A stretch of DNA of 64,000 nucleotides from Rhodothermales bacterium (GTDB lineage Bacteria; Bacteroidota; Rhodothermia; Rhodothermales; UBA10348). Shown piece by piece: positions 46,414 to 55,095 of the stretch (position 1 is the first letter of the stretch; every line of letters begins with the position of its first letter). The notes below the pieces were generated by a model that worked only from the letters and a program-made list of their open reading frames with translations, was not told the origin of the DNA and did not search any database. Made by a program: the position numbers and the translations under genes. The DNA lies in NCBI GenBank assembly GCA_040221055.1, contig JAVJVN010000004.1:269430-333429 (forward strand), in the 5' to 3' direction.

Positions 46414-47462
46414 CGGAGATAGCCCGCTTCCATCGCGTATCGCACCAGGTCCACCGTCTTCGCCGGAACCGGATTCGTCACCATGGCGGCCGCCCAGGCC
46501 AATGTCTTGTCGGCCAGTGCCGCCGACCGCTCACGGCCTTCCGATGCATCGGCCAGGGACGTGGAAAGGAGTTGGACCAGGACTTCGGCCACGGCGAATC
46601 GAGCGGGCGTTGAATCGGTCACGAACCGGTTCACGCCGGGCACATCCACCGCATCCAGTACCTCCTCCAACTGCGCACGCAACGCCTCGTGGAATTCAGA
46701 GCCGAATCCCGATGCATCCCGGTTGAAGCCGGATGCATCCACCCCCGCCCCCTCCAATCCGTCGAGCAGCATGAAGAAAAACGCGGTCAACCGCTCCTGG
46801 ACGGGCCACGTGTCGGCCCCGTCCACAGAGGCCAGCATGGCGCCGGCAGACTGGACCAGCGCGGACCACGCCGGCGCGCCTGACGAAGACGAGGGAGTTG
46901 AAGATGTGGATTCCATGGGCCCGATTACGCCGCACGGATGCCGTTGTTTGCCAGCGGCTTCCAGAAGATCCACGTACGCGCCCTCCACCAGATCGGCCGC
47001 ATCCACGCCGAGCTGCGCCATAAGCGCGTGGGCTTCGCGCACGCCTTCGTCGGGGGATTCCCCGTCCTTGAGCACGACCTCGAGCTCCAGGAATGAGCCC
47101 AGCCCTTCCACGTCGTCCAGATGAACCCGCGTCCGGCCTACCAGGAACAGGGTCCGCCGCTTGACGACGCGACCCGCCTGCCCGTACGCCTGGGTCAGTG
47201 CGGCGCGCATGACGGCCGGCTCGGTGGTCGTGGAGCGGAGATAGAACGATTCCTTGGGGCCAGCCGCGTCGGCTCGGCGGTAGTAGATGAGCTCGCCGTG
47301 GTCGGGGGCAAACGTGCGCAGCTTCAGCCGGCCGTTCGGGCACGGGAAGAACGTATCGTCCTGCGCTATGGCAATGGGACCCTCATCCGCCAGTGACGCT
47401 GCCCGTTCCGCGAGCGCATCCACACCCGGAATGCGGGCCTTGATCTCGATATTACTGGGCAT
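46401..47462 (-). CDS. CYTH (CyaB/class IV adenylate cyclase-like triphosphate tunnel) domain fused to an uncharacterised ~170-aa C-terminal domain
   Basis: MPSNIEIKARI (NIEIK variant of the ExExK start)...RLKLRTF...ELIYYRR...VKRRTLFLVGRTRVHLDDVEGLGSFLELEVVL. After about aa 180 comes a Ser-rich linker (STSSTPSSSSG) and a helical region with no motif I recognise. The 3' end overlaps the ABC1 start by 13 nt. Confidence 0.7.
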   Translation of the reverse strand: MPSNIEIKARIPGVDALAERAASLADEGPIAIAQDDTFFPCPNGRLKLRTFAPDHGELIYYRRADAAGPKESFYLRSTTTEPAVMRAALTQAYGQAGRVVKRRTLFLVGRTRVHLDDVEGLGSFLELEVVLKDGESPDEGVREAHALMAQLGVDAADLVEGAYVDLLEAAGKQRHPCGVIGPMESTSSTPSSSSGAPAWSALVQSAGAMLASVDGADTWPVQERLTAFFFMLLDGLEGAGVDASGFNRDASGFGSEFHEALRAQLEEVLDAVDVPGVNRFVTDSTPARFAVAEVLVQLLSTSLADASEGRERSAALADKTLAWAAAMVTNPVPAKTVDLVRYAMEAGYLRWKP

Positions 47463-47530
47463 GTGCGTTCCTGCTCCAAATCCGGTGTCGAATCGTCGAA
47501 TGTACGCCGAAGTCGAGGACCAGCGACCGT

Positions 47531-48646
47531 TCAGTAGCGGTAAATCGCGGCTACACCGGTTTCTGTCGGTATCCGCTCACGGGGCAGGACGAACACCTGG
47601 CCGCCCTTCTTCAGGACCATGCTGGCCAAATCATCGAGCACGTCTTCCACTTCCGGGTCGGCCGGATTCTCGCGGAAGGCTTCTATCATGAGTGTGTCCA
47701 CGCGGCCGAGCGTGGTCTCCCGAACCACATCCTCAATCCGGTCCGTGCCATTGCCCTTCGACGCGGCCTGCTTGAATTCGTCGACCATCTTCGTCCACTG
47801 CGCCGAAACGTGGGGCTCCATTACGCGCCATACATGTTCCTGCAACGCATCCTCCGTTTCGAACGATTCAGGATGGATGTCAATGCCGTCCTCCATCAGA
47901 TTCGGGTTGCTGCTGATTTCGCGGAACACGTGTTGATGCTCAGGGAGGGCCGCAAGTATCAATGGTAAGCCCCCGGGTCGGGAATGATGCTCAACAATGC
48001 CTTTGTCCACGGCGCGGAAGAACCGCTCCGTGTCTATGCCCACCTGATCCTTCTTGCCGCCGTGCCCGTGTTGCATGGGCGCCTGGTAGTCGGCCGCTCC
48101 TCCGTAGGAGGCGACGGTCCGATGCGGATCGGTCAATTCAGCACCCAAGGCCTCGGTAAGCGTGGACGGAACGTCTTCGTGAAGATGAACCCTGGAAACG
48201 GCGTTGTGATTGCCTTCAAAAAGCGTGGCCTGTTTCCGGTCCAATCCTAGCACGTGGAATCGGTCTGCTGACTGGAAATGGCTAAGCAGCGGCTTGATAT
48301 GGAATGAATTTGCCGCAATGGCAAGGTCGGGCACCGTGCGCGGGAGGCGAAAGACACGGAAAAAGCCTTCGGCTCCCAGGACAGCCAATCCGTCAAGCGT
48401 GTGATTCCAGAATTCGCCGTCTTCGGCCAACGCACGGAATTGATCCAGCAGGGCATCGTGTGATCCCCCGGAATATCTCTTCTGGAGCGATTTCTCCAGC
48501 TCCGACACAAGATTGACGTATCGGATGGGATCCTGCCTGTTGTCGGGATGATGACGATGCGTTCTCTGGTAGAGGGACAGGCACGGAGGGCTCCTGTCTG
48601 CCAGCAGTGCATCTATCGTACTCTTGTCAAATCTGTCCATTCTCAT
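47531..48646 (-). CDS. Bacterial archaeo-eukaryotic release-factor-like (baeRF family) protein
   Basis: N-terminus STIDALLADRSPPCLSLYQRTHRHHPDNRQDPIRYVNLVSELEKSL matches the remembered baeRF pattern (P-C-[VL]-S-[IL]-Y-x-x-T-H-R...Q-[ND]-P-I-R-[FY]). C-terminus GGQVFVLPRERIPTETGVAAIYRY resembles eRF1/Pelota domain 3 (GIGGILRY). Start at ATG 48646. Confidence 0.55.
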   Translation of the reverse strand: MRMDRFDKSTIDALLADRSPPCLSLYQRTHRHHPDNRQDPIRYVNLVSELEKSLQKRYSGGSHDALLDQFRALAEDGEFWNHTLDGLAVLGAEGFFRVFRLPRTVPDLAIAANSFHIKPLLSHFQSADRFHVLGLDRKQATLFEGNHNAVSRVHLHEDVPSTLTEALGAELTDPHRTVASYGGAADYQAPMQHGHGGKKDQVGIDTERFFRAVDKGIVEHHSRPGGLPLILAALPEHQHVFREISSNPNLMEDGIDIHPESFETEDALQEHVWRVMEPHVSAQWTKMVDEFKQAASKGNGTDRIEDVVRETTLGRVDTLMIEAFRENPADPEVEDVLDDLASMVLKKGGQVFVLPRERIPTETGVAAIYRY

Positions 48647-48698
48647 TGTCGCGTGCTTCTTCTTTCTGCTTTTCCCTCGAGCGTCGATGGTGTGGCCC

Positions 48699-49148
48699 TC
48701 AAGCCATGGCATGCGTGCGACTGGGTTCTGAAATACTCTGGACCACATCTCCCGTCCGGCGATCCTCCACATCAAGGGCAAGATCAGCCTGCGCAAGGAT
48801 GCCGACGCAGGAGCCCTCGACGTTCTGGACGATCAGGCGGCGTACCTGATTCTCCTTCATCAATCGGGCAGCTTCCTTGATATCCATTTCTGGGCGTGCC
48901 GTGATCGTGGACTTGGTCATGGCATCGGCCGCCGTCTTTTCGAGCGGGTTCACGCCTAGGGCAACCAAGCGGACGGTTATGTCGCGGTCCGTGATCATGC
49001 CGAGGGGCTTCTTGGCATTCAGGTCTTCGACAACAGGAACGGCACCACAGTCACACTCCGCCATAATCCTGGATACGTCGTGCAGCTTCGTTTCAGGTGT
49101 GCAGCATTCCGGGTTCGGTGTCATCAGCTCTTCAATAATCATGGTCAA
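48699..49148 (-). CDS. CBS-pair domain protein (stand-alone, Hrp1-like)
   Basis: EELMTPNPECCTPETKLHDVSRIMAECDCGAVPVVED...GMITDRDI and a second CBS repeat, TITARPEMDIKEAARLMKENQVRRLIVQN...GILAQADL. Confidence 0.8.
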   Translation of the reverse strand: MTMIIEELMTPNPECCTPETKLHDVSRIMAECDCGAVPVVEDLNAKKPLGMITDRDITVRLVALGVNPLEKTAADAMTKSTITARPEMDIKEAARLMKENQVRRLIVQNVEGSCVGILAQADLALDVEDRRTGDVVQSISEPSRTHAMA

Positions 49149-49184
49149 TCGGTCTGTCTCTGGTTCGCGGTTACATGCGAATGC

Positions 49185-49199
49185 TAATACACAGTATTA
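49185..49199. promoter_or_regulatory. 15-bp palindrome TAATAC-aca-GTATTA upstream of the CBS/baeRF-like genes
   Basis: Perfect 6-bp arms, 37-51 nt upstream of the CBS ATG (49148), inside an AT-rich 150-nt intergenic region that is itself bracketed by a TTACATGCG direct repeat (49171-49179, 49258-49266). Confidence 0.3.
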
Positions 49200-49298
49200 A
49201 CAGGTCACGGGACGTTTTGTTCAGATAATCGGCCAATTCAGGCATATTTGGCACATTTTACATGCGCCGGAGAATGCCGTTGCCCTTTCGCCCGGGAG

Positions 49299-50366
49299 TT
49301 ACACCAACAACGCAACGCTCTTGACCTGGGCAAAGACCGGCGCACCGGGGTGCAGGTCGAGCTCTGCGGCAGACTTGCGGGTAATGCGCGACAAGAGGGG
49401 AACGGAGCCCAGTTTCACCCGCACGGTGACCTGGGCTCCGTCCTCGTTTCCGAGTTCTTCCACGGTGGCCGGAAAAATGTTGAGGATGCTGGTCCGGGAC
49501 GGACGCTCCAACGTGAGGCTCACATCCCGCGCCAGGACTTGCAGCCGCACCGGACTTCCGAGCGGCAGGGGTTTCCCGGCGACGGCGAACCGCCCCCCGG
49601 GGAATTCGACGTACGTCAGGCCATACGTTTCGTCATGCGCCCCGACGACCGCGCTGATGACCGTCTCTGCGTCCGCCCCGCGCGCCAGGTCCAGGTCGAG
49701 TCGGGAAAACAGGTCGTGCACGCCGCCGGACGCTTTCATGCGACCATCCGCCATGAGCATCATGTGATCGGCCAGTCGCGCGACTTCCTGACGGGCGTGG
49801 CTCACATAAAGGACCGGTATGTCCAACTCCCGGTGTAGCGACTCCAGGTACGGCAGGACCTCCGCCTTGCGCGGCGCATCGAGCGCGGCCAGGGGCTCAT
49901 CCAACAAGAGCAAGGACGGACTGACGGCCAGTGCGCGGGCCATGGCCACGCGCTGCTGCTCCCCTCCCGAAAGTTGGTCGGGCCGGCGCGCCAGGAGGTG
50001 GCCAATGCCCAACAGCGTGATGGCTTGATCCAGGGATACCCTGCGTCGCGATGCACCCAGTCGCTTCAGACCGTACTCCAGATTGCGGCGCACATCCAGA
50101 TGCGCGAACAGGCTGGGCTCCTGGAAGACGTAGCCGATCGGACGCTCATGCGGGGCCAGGAACGTGTCCGGACCCTGCCACAGGGTCTCTCCCACTTTCA
50201 GGTAGCCGCCCGGGGCCGGCTCCAGGCCCGCAATGGCCCGGAGAAGGGTGGTTTTGCCGCACCCGGAGGGACCAAAGATGGCCGTGACGCCCCGCCCGGG
50301 GACCGTGAAATCCACTTCCAGCGAGAATTCCCCTCGATCAATCCGGAATCGCGCAACAATGCTCAT
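49299..50366 (-). CDS. modC: Molybdate ABC transporter ATP-binding protein ModC
   Basis: [12 protein letters not shown] Walker [23 protein letters not shown]-terminal TOBE domain ([21 protein letters not shown]...). The ATG at 50366 overlaps the modB stop (ATGA). Confidence 0.9.
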   Translation of the reverse strand: MSIVARFRIDRGEFSLEVDFTVPGRGVTAIFGPSGCGKTTLLRAIAGLEPAPGGYLKVGETLWQGPDTFLAPHERPIGYVFQEPSLFAHLDVRRNLEYGLKRLGASRRRVSLDQAITLLGIGHLLARRPDQLSGGEQQRVAMARALAVSPSLLLLDEPLAALDAPRKAEVLPYLESLHRELDIPVLYVSHARQEVARLADHMMLMADGRMKASGGVHDLFSRLDLDLARGADAETVISAVVGAHDETYGLTYVEFPGGRFAVAGKPLPLGSPVRLQVLARDVSLTLERPSRTSILNIFPATVEELGNEDGAQVTVRVKLGSVPLLSRITRKSAAELDLHPGAPVFAQVKSVALLV

Positions 50367-51043
50367 GGCCGGACCACGCGGAATCGACGATTGAATCCAT
50401 ATACGGCCATCAGCAGCACGAACGACAGCAGCAGCAGCGTCCCGGAAATCCAGTGGGCCTGGATGTATTCCAGGGATTCCACGTGGTCGTAGATCGCAAT
50501 CGAAATCACTTTCGTGCTGCCCGGTATGTTGCCCCCGATCATGAGCACCACTCCGAACTCGCCCAGGGTGTGTGCGAATCCCAGCACAGTCGCTGTCAGG
50601 AATCCCGGGCGGGCCAGCGGCACAGCGATGGAAAAGAACCGGTCCAGGGGGGATGCGCGCAGCGTCGCGGCCACTTCCATGGGCCGGCGCCCCACGGCCG
50701 CAAACGCATCCTGGAGGGGTTGGATGACGAATGGCATGGAATAGATGACGGATCCGATGACCAGGCCGGTGAACGTGAACGCCAGGGGCTGTCCGCCCAA
50801 TGCTTCCATGAGCCCCCCGATGGGACCGCGAGGCCCCAGGGCGATCAGGAGATAGAACCCCAGTACGGTCGGCGGCAACACCAGGGGCAACGCCACGATC
50901 GATTCCACCAGGAACTTGAACCGCCACCGGGAGCGGGCCAGCCACCACGCCACCGGTGTGCCAACGAGCAACAGGATGACCGTGGTCACGGCCGCCAACC
51001 GCAGCGTAATGGCAAGCGCCGTCAGGTCATGTTCCGTCAACAT
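50363..51043 (-). CDS. modB: Molybdate ABC transporter permease ModB
   Basis: [21 protein letters not shown]... and EAA-loop region [23 protein letters not shown]. The ATG at 51043 shares one nt with the modA stop. Confidence 0.9.
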   Translation of the reverse strand: MLTEHDLTALAITLRLAAVTTVILLLVGTPVAWWLARSRWRFKFLVESIVALPLVLPPTVLGFYLLIALGPRGPIGGLMEALGGQPLAFTFTGLVIGSVIYSMPFVIQPLQDAFAAVGRRPMEVAATLRASPLDRFFSIAVPLARPGFLTATVLGFAHTLGEFGVVLMIGGNIPGSTKVISIAIYDHVESLEYIQAHWISGTLLLLSFVLLMAVYGFNRRFRVVRP

Positions 51044-51882
51044 CAATACCCGTAACCGTGGATGATATCCCGGGCCGCCGGGCTTCGGACAAAGTCCAGG
51101 AAGTCCCGCGCCACCTTGTTCTCCGTCAATAGTACGGCTTGCTGCGCAATGGGATCGTAGAGGGCCTGAGGCGGCTCCCATCGGGAGCCCGTTCTGCCAA
51201 TGTCCGTGGCCACCCCCCCCGGACCCATCAGCTGGGATAGCGCCACGAATCCGAGCTCCGCATTCCCGCTGTACACGTATTGGTAGGCCTGCCCGATGTT
51301 TTCGCCGCGGACCATCCGGTCCTGCAACGCATCCCACACACCGCGCGCACGAAGGACCTGTTCCGCAGCCTTGCCGTAGGGCGCCAGCGTCGGATTGGCC
51401 AGCGCCAGGAACCGGAACCGGAAGGCGCCGGCGTCCCCTTCCGCGGGATTCAGCACCGCACCGTCCGCATCCACCAGGTCCGGATCCGGACTCCACAGGA
51501 CCAACGTCCCGATAGCGTACGTGAATCGAGTGCCGGGCACTGCGCGTCCCTCCTCTTCCAGCAGGCGGGGGCGTTCCACGTCGGCGGCAAAGAATGCATC
51601 GAACGGCGCGCCATTCCGGATTTGCGCGTAGAGTTTTCCGGTCGACCCGGGCACGGGCGTCACCACGTGCCCCGTCTGCGCTTCGAAGGCATGTGCCAGG
51701 GCTTCAAGGGCGGGGGCGAAGTTGCTGGCCACGGCGACCCGGATGCCGGCCTCAGCCCCGGAATCCGCTCCGGCGGTAAACTCCGCCTCGAGCGGTGGCC
51801 GCATGGCCATCAGCCACACCAGCAGCGCGGCCGACCCGACGACCACGGCGCCGGCTATGAGCTTCTTTGTGCGCGATTCCAT
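51043..51882 (-). CDS. modA: Molybdate ABC transporter substrate-binding protein ModA
   Basis: N-terminal anchor/signal, then [55 protein letters not shown]. Confidence 0.85.
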   Translation of the reverse strand: MESRTKKLIAGAVVVGSAALLVWLMAMRPPLEAEFTAGADSGAEAGIRVAVASNFAPALEALAHAFEAQTGHVVTPVPGSTGKLYAQIRNGAPFDAFFAADVERPRLLEEEGRAVPGTRFTYAIGTLVLWSPDPDLVDADGAVLNPAEGDAGAFRFRFLALANPTLAPYGKAAEQVLRARGVWDALQDRMVRGENIGQAYQYVYSGNAELGFVALSQLMGPGGVATDIGRTGSRWEPPQALYDPIAQQAVLLTENKVARDFLDFVRSPAARDIIHGYGY

Positions 51883-51930
51883 ACCGGGGAATGTACGCAG
51901 GCCGCGCCATACCGCGCCCCCGTTCAGCCC

Positions 51931-54660
51931 CTATTCAGCCCCCAGGATCTCTGCCGGACGCGCCCGCTCGATGGCCCGGACCTGGATGGCAATCGTGAGC
52001 ACGGTCATACCCGCCATCACGAGGAACGCGGCCACGAACGGCAGGACCGACATCTCCATGTGATACGCAAACAGGTTGCCCAGGAGGATGGTCAACACCT
52101 GGTAGCCAAGGGGAGCGCTGATGATGGCAGCAACGGTCAGCACGATGACGATCTTCCGGTTCAGGCGCTGGGCAATACCGAACGACCGGCCGCCGAGGAC
52201 CTTGCGCACCCCGACTTCCTTGAGGCGATTCATGATGTTCTGCGCCGAAAGGGCGTAGACGCTCAAGCAGGATATGATGAGGGCCAGGACGGACACGAAC
52301 AGGAAGATGGCCGTGAGTCCATCGCTGTCACGACGGAAGGATTCGAACATGTCTCCCTGCATGTACCAGTCGGCTGTGCGATCAACGAACGCGGATTCAT
52401 AGGATGCGGCAATCCGGTCGGCGACGGCCTTCCGGGCGCCGGGCAGGGTCCGCGCAATCAGGTACCGATGCGTTCCGGGATCGGAAAGGCGCAGAATAGA
52501 GGGCTCGATGACGGAAAAGAAGTCTTCGAAGTGGAAGTCCGCCACGACACCTGCAATATGGTAGTCCGTCGAGTCCATCCGGATGGTGCGACCAACCGCA
52601 GACGCAGGATCGAATTCCGTGGTCCCGGCCGGAAATGCCTCCCGGACAAACGTGGCATTGACCAGGATCTGGTCGGGCGCGAAGGCCTTCCTGCCCCCGT
52701 CCGGAAGGACGCCCGCCACCAGCGCGATGTCCATCAGTGCCGGAAAGTCCGGAGAAATGCCGAATACGGTCGTCTTGAATTCCACTTCTCCGTCGCCCAT
52801 ACGCACGGATTCCTCGCTCCACATGCGCCCGAAGGCATGCTGCGACGTGGTCCAGGAATCCACCTCCGGCGTTGCGGATGCCGCCGACCGGAGTACGTCC
52901 AGCTCGGCCACGGATCCGGCTTCGAATACCACAATCTGCTTCGTGTCATAGCCCGCGGACCGGTCCGAATAGTAGTGCCCGTTCAGGATGAACGTGACGC
53001 CTGCTGCCAGGGACAGGAAGGCCAGCACGAATTGGAACCCCTGCAACGCCGTCGTGATCGGGCGCCGTTTGGTGGAGCGATCCATTCCCCGGAAGATGAT
53101 GGTGGGCCGGAACGAGGACACAAACAGCGCCGGGTAGAGTCCTGACAGAACGCCGGTGCCCAGCACCAGCGCGATGAGGAATACCCAGAGTCGTCCATCG
53201 CTGAACAGGTCAAATTCCAGGTTCAGACCAGCTATGCCATTGAATGCCGGCAACACTAACTGCCACGCCAGCAGCAATCCGACCAGCAGGGCAAAAAAGC
53301 ACAGCAGGATGTTCTCGGCCAGGAATTGAAACGCCACCTGGGAGCGCCGCGCACCCACCACCTTGCGCACACCGATTTCCCGCAGGCGTTTCGCGGCCTG
53401 CGCAATCGTGATGTTCATGCAGTTGAAACACGCAAGCAACAGCAGCAGCGCAGAAAGACCGCCGAGCACCACGATGGGTGCGGTCGGGAATTGACCCACA
53501 ATGCTGTCCTCCACGTCCGCCCGGTGTCGTGTGAGTTGCTTCAGGTTGTCGAGCGCGAAGGCGTGCACTCGTGGGCTGACGTTGCCCATGGACGTACTGG
53601 CCAGCGCCGCATTGACGGGCGCCACGAGGGGGGTCAATTGGACCTCCACCTGGCGGGCGGCGTCGGCCGATCGGAGCTGCAGGAATGTGGCCGCACTGAA
53701 CGCTGACCAATCGTCCGTGCGTTGGCCCGCAAAAGACATCAGCGCCCCGAACTTCAGGTCGGCATTCGAACGGAACGGGGCGGCTACACCCGTCACGGTG
53801 TAGTCACGCGGATCGCCGCTCCCGAACTGAAGGGTCACGGTACGACCCGTCGGATCCTCCGCTCCGAAAATCCGTGTGGCTTCCTCGGCGCTCAGGATGA
53901 CGCCGCCCTCCTCCCGCAAGGCGGCATCCGATCCCGCCTGCAGCGGGAAAGAGAACATCGCGAAGAAGCCCTCGTCCACGAAGCGCACGTTCAGGCCGAG
54001 CTTCTCATCACGCAAAAGGACCTGGCCCCGGGTAGCGCCTATGCGCACGGCCCGGACCACGTCCGGCGACGATTCGGCAATGGCGGGGCCCAGCGGTGCA
54101 GGAGTGGTCCCGTACCACTGGAATGCAGGGTCGTCGTGGCGCGGGACGCCCGCCGACACGGAATCGATTGCCGCATCCACCGGCTCCACCCGGTGCACCA
54201 TGAAAATCTCATCGGCATGTTCGTGATAGAAGTCTTCTGTCAGGAAGGCGGAAACCAACAGGAAGGTCACCAACGTCACGGCAATGGCCACGGACAGACT
54301 CACGATGTTGATGAGCGACGTTGCTTTGTTCTTCCTGAGATTCCGGGAGGCGGCGCGGAAGTAGCTGGAAAGCATGGAAAACTGATGGGAGAGTTCGTGT
54401 GTGACTTCGCGCCGGTCGCGGGTCTTCATCATGGCGACCGACCGGTACGCCGATTCGGTCTCGTGGAAGGCGCCGAGTTCGCCCACGGCCTGGCGGAACG
54501 CATCTTCCGCAGGGAGGCCGGAGTCCATGAGCCAGGCCACATGGTCGCGCAAGTGCTGCTCCAGTTCGTCCAGATCGCGGCCCTTGAACGCACGGCTGTA
54601 CTTGAATTGATGGCGCCACGTCGAGACGGCCGTTTCAAGGTTGAATCCGGGTTTGCTCAT
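51931..54660 (-). CDS. Duplicated FtsX/MacB-type permease with N-terminal permease-prefix domain (ADOP-like orphan permease)
   Basis: Prefix domain DELEQHLRDHVAWLMDSGLPAEDAFRQAVGELG. Two FtsX modules (NITIAQAAKRLREIGVRKVVGARRSQV and LSAQNIMNRLKEVGVRKVLGGRSFGI). The ATG at 54660 overlaps the PadR stop (ATGA). Confidence 0.8.
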   Translation of the reverse strand: MSKPGFNLETAVSTWRHQFKYSRAFKGRDLDELEQHLRDHVAWLMDSGLPAEDAFRQAVGELGAFHETESAYRSVAMMKTRDRREVTHELSHQFSMLSSYFRAASRNLRKNKATSLINIVSLSVAIAVTLVTFLLVSAFLTEDFYHEHADEIFMVHRVEPVDAAIDSVSAGVPRHDDPAFQWYGTTPAPLGPAIAESSPDVVRAVRIGATRGQVLLRDEKLGLNVRFVDEGFFAMFSFPLQAGSDAALREEGGVILSAEEATRIFGAEDPTGRTVTLQFGSGDPRDYTVTGVAAPFRSNADLKFGALMSFAGQRTDDWSAFSAATFLQLRSADAARQVEVQLTPLVAPVNAALASTSMGNVSPRVHAFALDNLKQLTRHRADVEDSIVGQFPTAPIVVLGGLSALLLLLACFNCMNITIAQAAKRLREIGVRKVVGARRSQVAFQFLAENILLCFFALLVGLLLAWQLVLPAFNGIAGLNLEFDLFSDGRLWVFLIALVLGTGVLSGLYPALFVSSFRPTIIFRGMDRSTKRRPITTALQGFQFVLAFLSLAAGVTFILNGHYYSDRSAGYDTKQIVVFEAGSVAELDVLRSAASATPEVDSWTTSQHAFGRMWSEESVRMGDGEVEFKTTVFGISPDFPALMDIALVAGVLPDGGRKAFAPDQILVNATFVREAFPAGTTEFDPASAVGRTIRMDSTDYHIAGVVADFHFEDFFSVIEPSILRLSDPGTHRYLIARTLPGARKAVADRIAASYESAFVDRTADWYMQGDMFESFRRDSDGLTAIFLFVSVLALIISCLSVYALSAQNIMNRLKEVGVRKVLGGRSFGIAQRLNRKIVIVLTVAAIISAPLGYQVLTILLGNLFAYHMEMSVLPFVAAFLVMAGMTVLTIAIQVRAIERARPAEILGAE

Positions 54661-54995
54661 CCGAATGCCACCTCGGGGCCCCACAGGTTTTCCCACATGG
54701 CGTTGACCCTCTTCCACTCCTTCTGCAGCGACGCGAGTTCATTTTTGCCCCGAGCCGTCAGCCGGTAGTACTTGCGATCCGGTCCGTCGTCAGACGCCTG
54801 CCAGAAACTTTCCACCCAGCCGTCGTGCTCCATCCGGTGGAGGATGGGATAGAACTTGCTGTTCGTCCACGGCACCTGATCGTCGTAGAGCTGCTTTGCC
54901 CGGTGGACCAGCTGGAACCCGTATTTGGGCCCATCGGCCAGGAGGGTCAGGATGAGCGGCTCGAGCGTCGCGCCGGCGAGTGATTTGGACAGCAT
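54657..54995 (-). CDS. PadR-family transcriptional regulator
   Basis: LEPLILTLLADGPKYGFQLVHRAKQL...SKFYPILHRMEHDGWVESFWQASDDGPDRKYYRLTARG. Confidence 0.85.
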   Translation of the reverse strand: MLSKSLAGATLEPLILTLLADGPKYGFQLVHRAKQLYDDQVPWTNSKFYPILHRMEHDGWVESFWQASDDGPDRKYYRLTARGKNELASLQKEWKRVNAMWENLWGPEVAFG

Positions 54996-55032
54996 GGTCG
55001 GTTGGGTCTGGTCTGGACCGGTTCGTTCGGCA

Positions 55033-55055
55033 GGTATAACAATTTTTGATATACC
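55033..55055. promoter_or_regulatory. Candidate PadR operator: GGTATA-N11-TATACC palindrome
   Basis: GGTATAACAATTTTTGATATACC has perfect 6-bp outer arms plus partial inner symmetry, 38-60 nt upstream of the PadR ATG (54995). Confidence 0.4.
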
Positions 55056-55095
55056 CCTGCACCATAGACGGTGTGCCGTTCGTTTTGTTGCTCAA

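Noticed and set aside
47579-47620. A GGQ tripeptide (KKGGQVFVLP) in the baeRF-like protein, considered as a possible catalytic peptidyl-tRNA hydrolysis motif.
   Set aside because: It lies in the C-terminal domain-3-like region, about 25 residues from the end (coordinates are approximate). It is not in the central domain where eRF1 carries GGQ. The context matches the conserved strand preceding the GIGGILRY-like terminus, so it is most likely coincidental.
49299-51496. Track ORFs of 549 aa (49299..50948) and 377 aa (50363..51496), which suggest much larger ModC and ModB proteins.
   Set aside because: The upstream parts run through the neighbouring mod genes in other frames and are Arg/Pro/Gly-rich. 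The conserved N-termini (MSIVARF..., MLTEHDL...) begin exactly at the ATGA/TGATG junctions, so the starts were trimmed to 50366 and 51043.
51883-51930. Looked for a molybdenum-cofactor riboswitch or ModE operator upstream of modA.
   Set aside because: The gap is only 48 nt, far shorter than a Moco riboswitch, and no TATAT-type ModE-like palindrome is visible.
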